A stretch of DNA of 46,962 nucleotides from a virus (IMGVR_UViG_3300005326_000717:1-46962); one strand, 5' to 3'; positions 1-9,894 are shown, numbered from the stretch's first letter. The notes: generated from the sequence alone by a model not told the origin. Numbers and translations: made by a program.

Positions 1-1086
1 ATGTATACGGTGCGCGAGTATTTGGAGGATTTGGAGGGGGCAAACCGGGCGCCTCTGACGATCAAGAGCTACCGGGACACCTTCAAGTCGTACGCCCGTT
101 TTATCGGGGCGGATTTGGACGAGGTTCACAATCATATATCGGCGGACAACCTCAAAAAATATGCGCTATCGCAACGGGACAAGAGCGCGAAGGGGGCAAA
201 GATGCGGCTCAATGTCCTCCGGGCATACTTCGCGGAGAACGGCGTCGTATTCACCCCAATGCAAATGAAGATCATCTCATCCAGGCGCGTACAGGATCCC
301 GATGACAAGCCACTGGAATTCGAGCTCCTACAAAAAATGATGGACCTGAGTGACACACATGCCAAAGCCATGATCGCAGCGCTCATCAGCACCGGGGACC
401 GGGCCGGCTCGCTCTGTAAATGGGAACTCCGGGATCTCAATATTGAGATAAAAGAAGAAGGCGGTAAAATATTTCCTCAGCTCGCACCGCTTGAACGCCG
501 GGGGGATGTCGTGACGATCCGCAATGAGATATCGAAGTTCGGGCACGGCAGGGAGGCATACCTGAACGAGGAGGCTATGGAGTTCATGAACCTCTGGTTG
601 CGGGAACGGGCTGATTATATCAATCTCGCAGACGCCCGGGTTGTCGGGCTTGTCCGGTCCGGGGGTGCAAAGGCCCGGCCTGTTGATGATCAGCGGGTAT
701 TTGCCTGCGCTTATCACTCGTTTCAGAAGATCTGGCAACGCCTGTATGAAAAGACCGATGGGGAGAAAGGGAGGTATGGGGGGAACCGGTGCACCCCGCA
801 CTCCTGCCGGAAATATTTCCGCACGAACCTTGTAAAAACATTGGGTCTCGATCTCGTTGAAATGATCATGGGGCACACGGGGTATCTCACCAACTCATAC
901 GTGCGATTGAATCCCGAGCACGTCCGTTCGGCCTATCACGAAGGAGAGGACGCCCTCTATATCACCCGCAGGGACCGCCGCATGAGTGAGAACGCCCTCG
1001 AAATAGAGAAGATGAAGCGCGTGAAACTGGAAGAGGACGTGGAATTCCTAAAGCGGGCGATGGCAACAAAGCAGGACCGGGTATAA
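1..1086 (+). CDS. int: Tyrosine recombinase/integrase
   Basis: N-terminal APLTIKSY core-binding motif; catalytic R (STGDR), HxxR (HSCR), GH and Y (MGHTGYLTNSY). Confidence 0.92.
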   Translation: MYTVREYLEDLEGANRAPLTIKSYRDTFKSYARFIGADLDEVHNHISADNLKKYALSQRDKSAKGAKMRLNVLRAYFAENGVVFTPMQMKIISSRRVQDPDDKPLEFELLQKMMDLSDTHAKAMIAALISTGDRAGSLCKWELRDLNIEIKEEGGKIFPQLAPLERRGDVVTIRNEISKFGHGREAYLNEEAMEFMNLWLRERADYINLADARVVGLVRSGGAKARPVDDQRVFACAYHSFQKIWQRLYEKTDGEKGRYGGNRCTPHSCRKYFRTNLVKTLGLDLVEMIMGHTGYLTNSYVRLNPEHVRSAYHEGEDALYITRRDRRMSENALEIEKMKRVKLEEDVEFLKRAMATKQDRV

Positions 1087-1129
1087 AACACAATGATTAT
1101 GGGGCCGGAATATGATCAAAGGTACAACA

Positions 1130-1510
1130 ATGGCTGAAGACACAACAAACGCGGCTCCGGACCCCTGCGAGTGTGGTAGGGCAAAAGTCCTGAAAGACGG
1201 GGTAATGACGTGCCCGTGGTGCGAGGATCAGGAAAGTGATGATAAGATCGCCGATACGAAGGGGAACCGGGTGATTCGAGCGAAGATTAAAACCAAACGG
1301 GATCAGGTGGATGATATCAGCCAGACCGGGCCGGGGCTATTAATCGTTTTGGGGATCATCATAGGAATAATCTTTTTCGGGGTCGGGGGGATCTTTATTG
1401 CCCTAGTCATCATTGGCATCGGGTATTGGTGGAGTACGACCCGGACAAACGAAGAGAAAAAGTTGAGGAATGAGATCCGGGAACTTGAAGCGGAACTGGA
1501 ATACTCGTGA
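1130..1510 (+). CDS. Membrane protein with N-terminal Zn ribbon
   Basis: CECG...CPWC motif, hydrophobic hairpin, C-terminal coiled coil; start chosen at second Met. Confidence 0.65.
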   Translation: MAEDTTNAAPDPCECGRAKVLKDGVMTCPWCEDQESDDKIADTKGNRVIRAKIKTKRDQVDDISQTGPGLLIVLGIIIGIIFFGVGGIFIALVIIGIGYWWSTTRTNEEKKLRNEIRELEAELEYS

Positions 1511-1839
1511 TCGATAAGTACCCGATCCCCGAACTCCCCGATGCCGAATACGAGCGGATGAGTCCTGACCGTCAGCACAAATACAACCAGAAGATTGGGG
1601 CAAAGGACGAATACACCCGGGCGAAGAAGGCCTACGAAACCGCGATGAGCTTGTGGGGTCCCGCCATCCTCACAGTGATCGGGATAATCGGCATCGCGGT
1701 CTTTTTCCTCGGGCTTATCCTGATCGCCGTTGCAATCATCTGGGCGTTCTTCAGGGTAGCGGCCCGGTCCCAAGCATACCAACGATACAAGGATGCCGAG
1801 GTCGATCTCAAAGCAGCGATCGCGGCAGAAAAGGAATAG
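1507..1839 (+). CDS. Two-TM membrane protein
   Basis: Long hydrophobic stretch WGPAILTVIGIIGIAVFFLGLILIAVAIIWAFF; GTGA overlap with upstream gene. Confidence 0.7.
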   Translation: MIDKYPIPELPDAEYERMSPDRQHKYNQKIGAKDEYTRAKKAYETAMSLWGPAILTVIGIIGIAVFFLGLILIAVAIIWAFFRVAARSQAYQRYKDAEVDLKAAIAAEKE

Positions 1840-1842
1840 AGA

Positions 1843-2100
1843 TCACTCTTTTTTCCGGGGCTTTCTCCGGGCAGCCTGCCGGACCAATGCGATCCCCTCT
1901 TCGGTACTGAGGATCTCTCGCAGGGCCGCCATGAGATCAAACTTCCTATGATCAAGCGCAAACCTCAAAAGCGCTGACATTGCTGCCGGGCGGCTGACGT
2001 AAATACCTTGATCTACCAGATCGTCTATCTCATCGGCGATATCCGGGGGCATACGGTACGTCATGGGTGTGATCGAGTGACGCTTCCGGCGCGTGGTCAT
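1843..2100 (-). CDS. Ribbon-helix-helix (CopG/MetJ-like) regulator
   Basis: TYRMPPDIADEIDDLVDQGIYVSRPAAM matches the RHH pattern. Confidence 0.8.
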   Translation of the reverse strand: MTTRRKRHSITPMTYRMPPDIADEIDDLVDQGIYVSRPAAMSALLRFALDHRKFDLMAALREILSTEEGIALVRQAARRKPRKKE

Positions 2101-2407
2101 TGTGTATGTCGTTATGGTCGTTAATAAAAATATTGCACGTAATCGTTTTGACAGGTCGAAAAGACTACAACGAGCAACGGGAAATAGATTCGGGGCGCAA
2201 TAAGTATAACCGCTTGGTTATATCAATGAACTAGCGGGTTCTACGTCGATAAAAATAGGAAAGTTTATGCTGAAACACTTTCACAGTGCATACACTACAC
2301 CACTATAATAATCGGCGGAAAAAAGTAGATGGGGGAAATTAACACGGATGAAGTCATGCGTGAGGCTATAAAAAGAATAATTATTGACAGTGAATTCAGA
2401 GATATGT

Positions 2408-2659
2408 TTACTTGTCAAGTGTCAGAGATAATATCATCTGACCAAGCTCTCGCAAAGCGGCTGGATCTTCTCGGAACGCCTGAAGGATCTCAGCCTTCCG
2501 TTTCTCCGGATCCATGTCAATATAATGTTTTGAGAGGGCATCGATGAGAATATCCCCTCGGTTCTCCCATTCAATATTTCGCTCTTCCACCTCTTTCTCA
2601 AGAAGCCCCAATAATTTGGGAGGGAGTCTGACCGTAACTCTCGGATCTCTTCCTACCAT
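2408..2659 (-). CDS. Ribbon-helix-helix regulator (candidate repressor)
   Basis: RVTVRLPPKLLGLLEKEVEE...NRGDILIDAL; divergent from the early operon. Confidence 0.8.
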   Translation of the reverse strand: MVGRDPRVTVRLPPKLLGLLEKEVEERNIEWENRGDILIDALSKHYIDMDPEKRKAEILQAFREDPAALRELGQMILSLTLDK

Positions 2660-2690
2660 TACCGCACACCTGATTGATTGTTAATACCCC

Positions 2691-2726
2691 TTTTACGTCG
2701 ACATATATCTATTTTACGACGTGAAA
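2691..2726. promoter_or_regulatory. Inverted repeat, candidate operator in divergent control region
   Basis: TTTTACGTCG-N16-CGACGTGAAA (1 mismatch) in AT-rich intergenic DNA. Confidence 0.5.
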
Positions 2727-2757
2727 AATGTTAATAGTTGTCAAACGTTTACAATAT

Positions 2758-2765
2758 TTTATATA
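2758..2765 (+). promoter_or_regulatory. Archaeal TATA box of early operon
   Basis: TTTATATA ending 23 nt before ATG 2788, consistent with a leaderless transcript. Confidence 0.6.
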
Positions 2766-2787
2766 CTTTGATGTTGATTATTGACAT

Positions 2788-3048
2788 ATGGCAACAAATG
2801 ACAACACTGCCAAAAGAGAAAACCGGGTGTGGTTATCATGCCCAAAGAACCTGTTGGGCGTGCAGGAAAAGCTCCTAGCGCTCTATGAGAAGGAGGATAT
2901 CTACGCCGAAGGGCTCCGGCTCCTCGGGAAAAAGCACGGGTGTCTCCCAGAGATCGCCGAAGAGGGGGGCGCTGCCGGTATCGAGATGGACATGCACCTC
3001 CGCGCACCCATTCAGACCGCAGCGAAGGACGCCGCATCGGAGTCGTGA
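2788..3048 (+). CDS. Small putative DNA-binding protein (Cro-position, possibly RHH-like)
   Basis: First gene after TATA box; strand-helix-helix pattern RVWLSCPK...IYAEGLRLL. Confidence 0.55.
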   Translation: MATNDNTAKRENRVWLSCPKNLLGVQEKLLALYEKEDIYAEGLRLLGKKHGCLPEIAEEGGAAGIEMDMHLRAPIQTAAKDAASES

Positions 3049-3052
3049 TCCC

Positions 3053-3241
3053 ATGCCCTCCGCAGCAACAGCCACAGCGCCGCTCCGCAGGACTCAGGCG
3101 GATGTCGATCGCTACGTACAAACGTATGGCCCGATGGGGATAACTCCCGAACTCATCGAGCAGATGAAACACGACGGGGAATTAGAAATCGTAGAACAAA
3201 AAGGCGGTCAAAACAATGCAATCAACAACATCAAAAATTGA
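3053..3241 (+). CDS. Hypothetical protein
   Basis: MPSAATA... start inside ORF 2885-3241; fits operon packing. Confidence 0.5.
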   Translation: MPSAATATAPLRRTQADVDRYVQTYGPMGITPELIEQMKHDGELEIVEQKGGQNNAINNIKN

Positions 3242-3611
3242 AACGAGTGGCAGTGGCGTCCCGGGCGTCCAAACCAAGGGAACAGCACCTGCCTGTGAAG
3301 AGAGTGGAACGCAGGAGAACATCAAGGTTGCGCCAATCATCGATGCCGAACAGGCGCAGAACGCAGCCCGCGCCGCATCAGATGAAGTGAGGATGATCTA
3401 CGATATGGACATCGTGGGATCAGACGGGGCGAGCATTGGGGTAGCATCCTTCAGTGGGGGTGCATGTATGACTCACCCAGTGATGCTCTCCTTACGGCAC
3501 CACCCGGTAACGATCACACGCCACCTATCGCTTGATGAAGCAATGGGAGTCCGTGATGCTCTGATCGCTGCGATTGCGGCACTGGGTAACAGCAAGGGGG
3601 CGCTGTCATGA
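3216..3611 (+). CDS. Hypothetical protein
   Basis: ORF with ATGA coupling to next gene. Confidence 0.55.
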   Translation: MQSTTSKIETSGSGVPGVQTKGTAPACEESGTQENIKVAPIIDAEQAQNAARAASDEVRMIYDMDIVGSDGASIGVASFSGGACMTHPVMLSLRHHPVTITRHLSLDEAMGVRDALIAAIAALGNSKGALS

Positions 3612-3835
3612 CCGCCGCATACGCCCGCCGTCAGACTGCCGTAAGGACCATCCCAAAGGTCACCGAAGAGCCCCTCGTCACCATCCACCTCCTCAACGAG
3701 ATCCGCACCTACTGCAACGGCTGCGGTCAGGTCGCCTCATGCGGGACCGCGAAGAGTGCAGCGGCCCTCAGCTCGTGCAAGAAGATCCAGGATGCTGAGC
3801 CGGAACTCCGGAAGAAAGCGGGGTGCCCGGCATGA
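3608..3835 (+). CDS. Small Cys-containing protein
   Basis: CNGC..C..C; ATGA overlaps on both sides. Confidence 0.55.
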   Translation: MTAAYARRQTAVRTIPKVTEEPLVTIHLLNEIRTYCNGCGQVASCGTAKSAAALSSCKKIQDAEPELRKKAGCPA

Positions 3836-4041
3836 CCGAAGAGCAGATCGTCCGGCACATCCACGAAGACAAGGACCGGAGGCCGGACAGCATCGAGATC
3901 GGCACGCCCTCAAAGGGTGGTGTCGTGAAGATCTACTTCAATGCTGATGATCCGGGCCGGGCCTGCGAGCTCGTTGACAACGCCATGATTGTCCGGAACT
4001 ATGCACAGAACGCATACCTGAAAGCGACCGGGAGCGCGTGA
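3832..4041 (+). CDS. Hypothetical protein
   Basis: Coupled ORF MTEEQIV... Confidence 0.6.
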   Translation: MTEEQIVRHIHEDKDRRPDSIEIGTPSKGGVVKIYFNADDPGRACELVDNAMIVRNYAQNAYLKATGSA

Positions 4042-4799
4042 TCACCATGCCCCCCGAATGGATCACCGGGACCCTCACCGACTTCGAGGACCACATTATC
4101 CGTATTGACGATGTGCCGCACCCGGCTTACGACTCCGCAATGAAGATCTGCCGCTCACTCCTCTCCAAGAAATCGAAGGTCGATTACAAGCTGACCGATA
4201 AGGGCGAGATCTGCGACATCCGCCCGTTCAAACCGAACGGCAGCCAGCCGAGCCAGCCAGCAGCACAGCCCTCCGCAGCAAAGCAGGACCCGCCGAAAGG
4301 TAACAGCACGTCCCCCCGGGCGCCTCCTGCCGATGCCAACAAGCCGAAGAATGTCGAAGGGCAGATAACGGCCATCGATCACGGCACTCACAAGATATCT
4401 GTCAAGGACAAAACCGGGCAGGTCCACGAGTTCGTCTGGTCCGGCAATGTCAAGATGACCAACAACAAGGGAGAGCCGCTGAAGCAATGGTGGTTCATCA
4501 AGGTGACCGGAGAGCCGGCCGGGGATCTCTGGAAACTCACCGCTCATGCATACTTCAAACGCCCGGACGACTGGCCCCTCGGCAACAAGGGTGGCAACGG
4601 TGGGGGCGGAGGCCAGCCCCGCAACGAGAAGGCGATCCTGTTCCAGTGCCTGTTCAAGGGAGCGGTAGAGATCCGGAAACAGCAGCTCGCAATGAACGCA
4701 GGGATGTCCCCGTTGGCCGATGTCCTCAAGGAATGCGTCACCGCGGCGAAAGAGGCCCTGCCGGAAGCGCTCACAGCGTCGGGGGTGACAGCCCCATGA
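4038..4799 (+). CDS. Putative OB-fold/ssDNA-binding protein
   Basis: Two beta-rich segments (WITGTLTDF..., VEGQITAIDHGTHKISVKD...) separated by a Pro/Gln linker; directly upstream of mre11. Confidence 0.4.
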   Translation: MITMPPEWITGTLTDFEDHIIRIDDVPHPAYDSAMKICRSLLSKKSKVDYKLTDKGEICDIRPFKPNGSQPSQPAAQPSAAKQDPPKGNSTSPRAPPADANKPKNVEGQITAIDHGTHKISVKDKTGQVHEFVWSGNVKMTNNKGEPLKQWWFIKVTGEPAGDLWKLTAHAYFKRPDDWPLGNKGGNGGGGGQPRNEKAILFQCLFKGAVEIRKQQLAMNAGMSPLADVLKECVTAAKEALPEALTASGVTAP

Positions 4800-5920
4800 A
4801 GATCATCCACACCGCAGACGCTCACTTCGGGAGAGCTCGGTTCAATAAGGCGACCCAAGACGGCTCCAACCTTTTTGAGATCACCTGTTATGAGAATGCC
4901 CGGCTCGGTACACAGCACATCATCGACCAGAATCCGGACGTTGTTCTCAAATGCGGGGATAAGTTCGATTCAGTCACCCCGAAGACGATATCGATCACCG
5001 CTGAACAGGAAATCCTAGAATGGTACGAGGAAGCAGAAATCGACGTTGTTGAAATCAGTGGGAATCACGACATGCCGAAAATGTCCCATGTAAGATGCCC
5101 GCTCGATATCACATCGCGGAGCAACATGATCCACTCCGCTCATGCGTACCGGTACCAACGTGTCGAGATCCAGGATACGATCTTCCACCTGATCCCAAAC
5201 ATGCTGCACGCAGCGGACTACAAGACCGCCATGAAAGAGGTCGAGATCAGCAACAGCCACAACAACGTGCTCGTCACCCACGGCCTAGCGACAACGATCC
5301 GGGATAAGCGCCTGAATGAAGCGGCGGAGTTCGAGCTGGACGAGAACATCCTCACCGATCAGTTCGATTACATTGCCCTCGGCCACTACCACGGACAGGA
5401 ACAGGTCGCCCCGAACGCATGGTATTCTGGCTCACAGGAACACCTCGCCTACGGAGAGATCGACAACATCAAAGGCGCTCTCGTAGTGGACCCGGCCCGG
5501 CACACAGTAGATCACCTCGACCTCCCGTGCATCCCCATGACGGACCTCGGCACAATCCACTCTGCCGAACTGTCAGGGGAACAGCTCGCCGATATCATCA
5601 TCCGGAAGGCCGAGAGCTTGCCCGTCAACTCAATGGCGAGGATCACCCTGGACTTCATGGACTTCCCGGTGCGCGTCGTACCGGAAGAAGCCCTCGAAGC
5701 GATCCGGGACCGGCTCCTGGATCTCAACATCCGGAACAAGTCAAAAGCCGCCGATCGCGCCGAGATCCAACAGCAGGACCTCCGGGCCATCGACTATGTC
5801 GGGGAGTTCGGCACCTTCCTGCAACAGCGCCCCCTCACCGACCAGCAGCGGGCGGCTGTGATGTTGCGGGGCACCGAGACCCTTAAAACCGTAGTGACGG
5901 AGCGGGGGGTGTCAGCATGA
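4796..5920 (+). CDS. mre11: Mre11/SbcD-family metallophosphoesterase nuclease
   Basis: HTADAH, GDKFD, GNHD, THG, ALGHYH, YSGS motifs; true start MKIIHTAD at 4796. Confidence 0.92.
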   Translation: MKIIHTADAHFGRARFNKATQDGSNLFEITCYENARLGTQHIIDQNPDVVLKCGDKFDSVTPKTISITAEQEILEWYEEAEIDVVEISGNHDMPKMSHVRCPLDITSRSNMIHSAHAYRYQRVEIQDTIFHLIPNMLHAADYKTAMKEVEISNSHNNVLVTHGLATTIRDKRLNEAAEFELDENILTDQFDYIALGHYHGQEQVAPNAWYSGSQEHLAYGEIDNIKGALVVDPARHTVDHLDLPCIPMTDLGTIHSAELSGEQLADIIIRKAESLPVNSMARITLDFMDFPVRVVPEEALEAIRDRLLDLNIRNKSKAADRAEIQQQDLRAIDYVGEFGTFLQQRPLTDQQRAAVMLRGTETLKTVVTERGVSA

Positions 5921-8337
5921 AGATCACAGAAATCCACCTCATCCGGTTCAAGCGGTTCGGGCGTGTCGATATCGTAATCCCGGACGACGCCGAGTTCATC
6001 TGTATCACCGGCCCGAACGGCTCCGGGAAATCCACATCCCTTAACTCCGTAGAGTTTGCCCTGTATGGTGTCAGTGGCGGACTCAGCGCAGATCATATCG
6101 TCAGCTCCTTCGCAGAGCCTGGGGAACGGTGCGAGGTCGGGCTCGAATTCACCCACTCGGGGCACAAGTTCAACATTCTCCGGACATTCAAAAAGGGGAA
6201 GTCCATCCAGCACGACGCCGTGATCAAGTGTGACGGCGAGGTCCGGGCCACGGGCGTCTCCGCAGTAGAGGCAGAGGTCATACGGACAATCGGCCTGACT
6301 GCCAAAGATTTCAACATGGTCGTCTACTCGAAGCAGGACGACCTCCGGGCCATCACGGACATCACGCCCGGCAAACGCGAAGAATGGTTCCGCAAAGGGT
6401 TCGATCTCGATTTCATCAAGACCGCGAGCGAGAAGATCCTCAAGGAGAGAATCAAGGCAACAGAGCAGGCCATCGCAACGCTCCAGGGCGAGCTTGCCGC
6501 ATTGAGCCGGCAGGACCCGGCCGAACTGGGGCAGACCAAGAAGGACCTCGCGGATCTCAGTGAGGCAATCTTTACCCTGAAAGCACAGGAACAGGAACAG
6601 CAGGCCGCCCGGGCAGCCTTCGCCACGCAAAAGCAGGAATACGATCTCAAGACCGTGCAGCAGAGCAAACTCGTGGATCAGCACAACGGCCTGCTCTTCG
6701 ATATTGACACCATCCGGAAACGGATCGAGACTCTTGGGGTGCAGCTGGGATCTCTCACGGTCGATACCGAAGAACTCGCCCGGCTGGAGAAAGCGGCTGA
6801 TGAGATCCCGCAGGCCCGGCTAGATGTCGAAGGGTATCGGACGAAGAAGGCCGAGGCTGAACGCATCAACACTGAGGAAAAGGCAGCATTACGGGAAGAG
6901 GCAAACATCAGGGAGCGCAGGGACCGGGTACAGGCAAATCTCGCAGATCTCGAAACCTCGGAGAAAGAGCGGGAGGACCTGTACGCGAAAGTCAGGGTCG
7001 CCCTTTGTCTGCTCGAAGATGAGGATGTCGATAACGGCGTCGCAGAGTACCAGAAACGCACAACCGAGAAGATCGCATACCTGAACGCGGAAGCGCGGAC
7101 CAACAGGGGAGTGCAGGACAAAATCCGGAAGAGCCTAGAATCGATCCGCGACATCGGGCCTGAGGGAACATGCCCTACATGCCTACAGAAACTCGGGGAG
7201 CATTTCGGAACCGTCGAGGCCGATTACCTGGCACAGCTCAATGAGGCCGTCGACGAAGAGCACGATATCGACGCGAAACTCGACACTGCTCTCCATGAAT
7301 CGCAGAAGATTCCCGACCTCAAACCCATCCTCGATCGCATCAAGCAGATATCGACCGCGCTCGGGTACCGGGAGAATCTCCAGAACGAACGCGAGGATCT
7401 CAACAAGGGAATCCTGAACGTCACTCAGAGGATCGGGGACCTCATCGAGGAGTACTGGAAAGTCAGGTATAACGAAGAGGATCACCTCGCCTGCAAAGAC
7501 AACCTCGTCAAGCTCGAAGCCGCACAGACTCAGTATACCGAACTCACCAAGCGGTCAGCAGAACCGGCCGGCATCAGGGCACAAGTCGCCGAGCTCAACA
7601 GTCAGATCACCACGAAGAACGCAACCCGTGCCGAAGTCAAAGCTGTGATCGACGCCAACCCGATCATCCTCACGGAAGGCCCCCGGCTCACCCACGAGAT
7701 CGAGAATCTCGACATCAGCCTGAAGAACATCACGCAGGACCTCGCCACCTCCATTGAGCGGGAAAAGACCCTCACGCAGAAGGTAACGGATCTCGAGATC
7801 GCAGCGGCAAGCATCGGGACCGTAGAGCAGCAGCTCGCAACGCTCAATGAAGAACTGGAAGTCCTGGCACTGACCCGGTCCGCGATCTCCGATTACGTCC
7901 TGTATATCATGCAGGTCATGAGGTCCGCGATCGAGACCGAGTCCAGCGCAATCCTCTCAGGCATCACCGAGGGCAAATACTCGCAGGTGATTGTTGACGA
8001 GGGGTTCAACATCCTGATCCGGGAAGGTGACAAGGACTATGCGCTCGACCGGTACAGCGGCGGGGAGCAGGACGTGATCGCTCTCTCCCTCCGTATGGCT
8101 CTGTCGAACATCATACCGAAGCTGCACGGAGTTCACGAAACATTCCCGTTCCTGATTGATGAGGGGCTGTCCTCTCTTGACCCGGAGCGGAAAGAGAACA
8201 CCGTCCGTGCTATGCGGCAGCAGGCCAAACGCTGCGGGCAGGTCTTCAACAACACTCACGATCAGGAAGTAGTCGGGGATTACAACCTGAGGGTTCAGGC
8301 AAACGGGCCGGTCAGCACCGTGCAGGCAGGTGCGTGA
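5917..8337 (+). CDS. rad50: Rad50/SbcC SMC-family ATPase
   Basis: Walker A GPNGSGKS, long coiled coil, CPTC zinc hook, YSGGE signature, Walker B FLIDE, D-loop SLD, THD. Confidence 0.93.
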   Translation: MKITEIHLIRFKRFGRVDIVIPDDAEFICITGPNGSGKSTSLNSVEFALYGVSGGLSADHIVSSFAEPGERCEVGLEFTHSGHKFNILRTFKKGKSIQHDAVIKCDGEVRATGVSAVEAEVIRTIGLTAKDFNMVVYSKQDDLRAITDITPGKREEWFRKGFDLDFIKTASEKILKERIKATEQAIATLQGELAALSRQDPAELGQTKKDLADLSEAIFTLKAQEQEQQAARAAFATQKQEYDLKTVQQSKLVDQHNGLLFDIDTIRKRIETLGVQLGSLTVDTEELARLEKAADEIPQARLDVEGYRTKKAEAERINTEEKAALREEANIRERRDRVQANLADLETSEKEREDLYAKVRVALCLLEDEDVDNGVAEYQKRTTEKIAYLNAEARTNRGVQDKIRKSLESIRDIGPEGTCPTCLQKLGEHFGTVEADYLAQLNEAVDEEHDIDAKLDTALHESQKIPDLKPILDRIKQISTALGYRENLQNEREDLNKGILNVTQRIGDLIEEYWKVRYNEEDHLACKDNLVKLEAAQTQYTELTKRSAEPAGIRAQVAELNSQITTKNATRAEVKAVIDANPIILTEGPRLTHEIENLDISLKNITQDLATSIEREKTLTQKVTDLEIAAASIGTVEQQLATLNEELEVLALTRSAISDYVLYIMQVMRSAIETESSAILSGITEGKYSQVIVDEGFNILIREGDKDYALDRYSGGEQDVIALSLRMALSNIIPKLHGVHETFPFLIDEGLSSLDPERKENTVRAMRQQAKRCGQVFNNTHDQEVVGDYNLRVQANGPVSTVQAGA

Positions 8338-8516
8338 TGTTCCCACAATGCGAAGAGGGCTGCCAATACCTAGTCGATGAGATGGCATGTCCCTGCGAAG
8401 ATGTCCGCCCGTTCATTGCCGACATGCGCCGGTACCTCTACCGCAACGTAGCCTGTGAGTACCGCAAGGGCTTCAAGGATTTCTCGAAGATGCCCAATGT
8501 GCCGGGGTGGGCGTGA
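8334..8516 (+). CDS. Small Cys-rich protein
   Basis: Coupled ORF with five Cys. Confidence 0.45.
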   Translation: MMFPQCEEGCQYLVDEMACPCEDVRPFIADMRRYLYRNVACEYRKGFKDFSKMPNVPGWA

Positions 8517-8842
8517 TGGCAACAGGAAAGAAATGCAATTTCCTCGTCTGTCAGAAAGTCACGATGATCGAGCAACCCCTTTTTGATGATGCGATCATCG
8601 AGGAGGCAAAGAGGGGAGATTTCTGGTTCGTCAAGGATCTGACTGTGAGACCGGCAAAGATGTGGGCGATACAGCACGGCGGTCATTCTCACTCAAGACC
8701 ATGGATCGTTCCGGGATTTATTGCGAAGACCCGGAAGGAAGCGATTGCAGCTCTCATGAAAACCCTCTCGCCCCGCATCACCTGGGAAAATATGAAAGAG
8801 CGAGGATTTTCAGTAGTTCGCGTTTCTGTCGAGGTGGCCTGA
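8516..8842 (+). CDS. Hypothetical protein
   Basis: TGATG-coupled ORF. Confidence 0.5.
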   Translation: MATGKKCNFLVCQKVTMIEQPLFDDAIIEEAKRGDFWFVKDLTVRPAKMWAIQHGGHSHSRPWIVPGFIAKTRKEAIAALMKTLSPRITWENMKERGFSVVRVSVEVA

Positions 8843-9076
8843 ATGCCCGCCCTCTGCCCAACCTGCCGGCATCCCCGCGAGGTCGGCTATGGGATCGACT
8901 GCATCAAAGGGGATCAAATCATCTTCGATAAGCATGAGGATGATCGCCCGCACTATCGCAACCGGTGCGGACAGTATCAGCGAGAGGTTGCCACCGGTCT
9001 AACACAAGGAATGATCGATGGCGTGCTTAATACCGTTCTCAGACACCAGGCGGCCTTGCCAGAGGGGGGGAACTGA
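8843..9076 (+). CDS. Small Cys-rich protein
   Basis: CPTC...C...C; abuts neighbouring genes. Confidence 0.5.
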   Translation: MPALCPTCRHPREVGYGIDCIKGDQIIFDKHEDDRPHYRNRCGQYQREVATGLTQGMIDGVLNTVLRHQAALPEGGN

Positions 9077-9077
9077 C

Positions 9078-9473
9078 ATGCTCCTCTTCAAACCCTATCA
9101 CGTTGCCCCAATCATCGATCACGATAAGACCGAGACCCGGCGATTCTGGAAAAAACCGCGAGCAAAGAGGGGATCAATTCACTTCTGCCGGCTCAGATTC
9201 GATCATAATTATTTTGGAAGGGTCGAAATCCTCGACGTTTACGAACAACCCCTCGGTGAAATGTCCGAGGAATCCGCACAAGCGGAAGGCGGGTACACCC
9301 TGGAAGAGTATGCTCGTATCTGGCAGATCATCAACAAGACCCCGCTCAATCCGCTCATGGAGGTCTTCGTTGTCGAGATGAAGTGCATCGAGGTCAACGT
9401 CAACACGGACGACCTCGTGAAATACCGGGGCATGTACCGGCAACACATGCAGGCAATCAGGAGTGCAGCATGA
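9078..9473 (+). CDS. ASCH-domain protein
   Basis: LLFKPYHVAPIIDHDKTETRR and SEESAQAEGGY are ASCH hallmarks. Confidence 0.8.
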   Translation: MLLFKPYHVAPIIDHDKTETRRFWKKPRAKRGSIHFCRLRFDHNYFGRVEILDVYEQPLGEMSEESAQAEGGYTLEEYARIWQIINKTPLNPLMEVFVVEMKCIEVNVNTDDLVKYRGMYRQHMQAIRSAA

Positions 9474-9525
9474 CCAAATCTTATAAACTCACCGACGGTT
9501 TACAGACGGCAACGGCAGGTGAACC

Positions 9526-9894
9526 ATGACACTTGACGAACGAATGATCGGCTGGATTCGGACCGGAGATCGCGGAATATCATCTGAAGTAATTTTTGAG
9601 GTTCTCGCAGATCATCCCCTTTTACCGGAGCATTGGCGCTATAGTACCCCCTCCGACTCATCGGACTTCTACCGATGTTACAAGCTCCTGCGAGCAGTAC
9701 CGGAATGGCGGGGCCGTCTCAACGAAGTTGCGGCAAAGCATCCGCACTGGCGGCTCATCGTCAAGTATTGGCAGGATCTCGAAATTGCGTTAATCAATGA
9801 TCTTGTTGATGACGGAAGATCCTGTAATCGCCTTCTCGGTGAGCTGAACAAATATCGGTACGCTCCTGAAAAATACCCCGGAGGATTTCCATGA
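9526..9894 (+). CDS. Hypothetical phage protein
   Basis: GDRGISS...PSDSSDFYRCYKLL pattern; GGTGA RBS upstream. Confidence 0.65.
   Translation: MTLDERMIGWIRTGDRGISSEVIFEVLADHPLLPEHWRYSTPSDSSDFYRCYKLLRAVPEWRGRLNEVAAKHPHWRLIVKYWQDLEIALINDLVDDGRSCNRLLGELNKYRYAPEKYPGGFP

Noticed and set aside
2329-2547. Plus-strand 72-aa ORF
   Set aside because: Overlaps the better-supported minus-strand RHH gene; not excluded but unsupported
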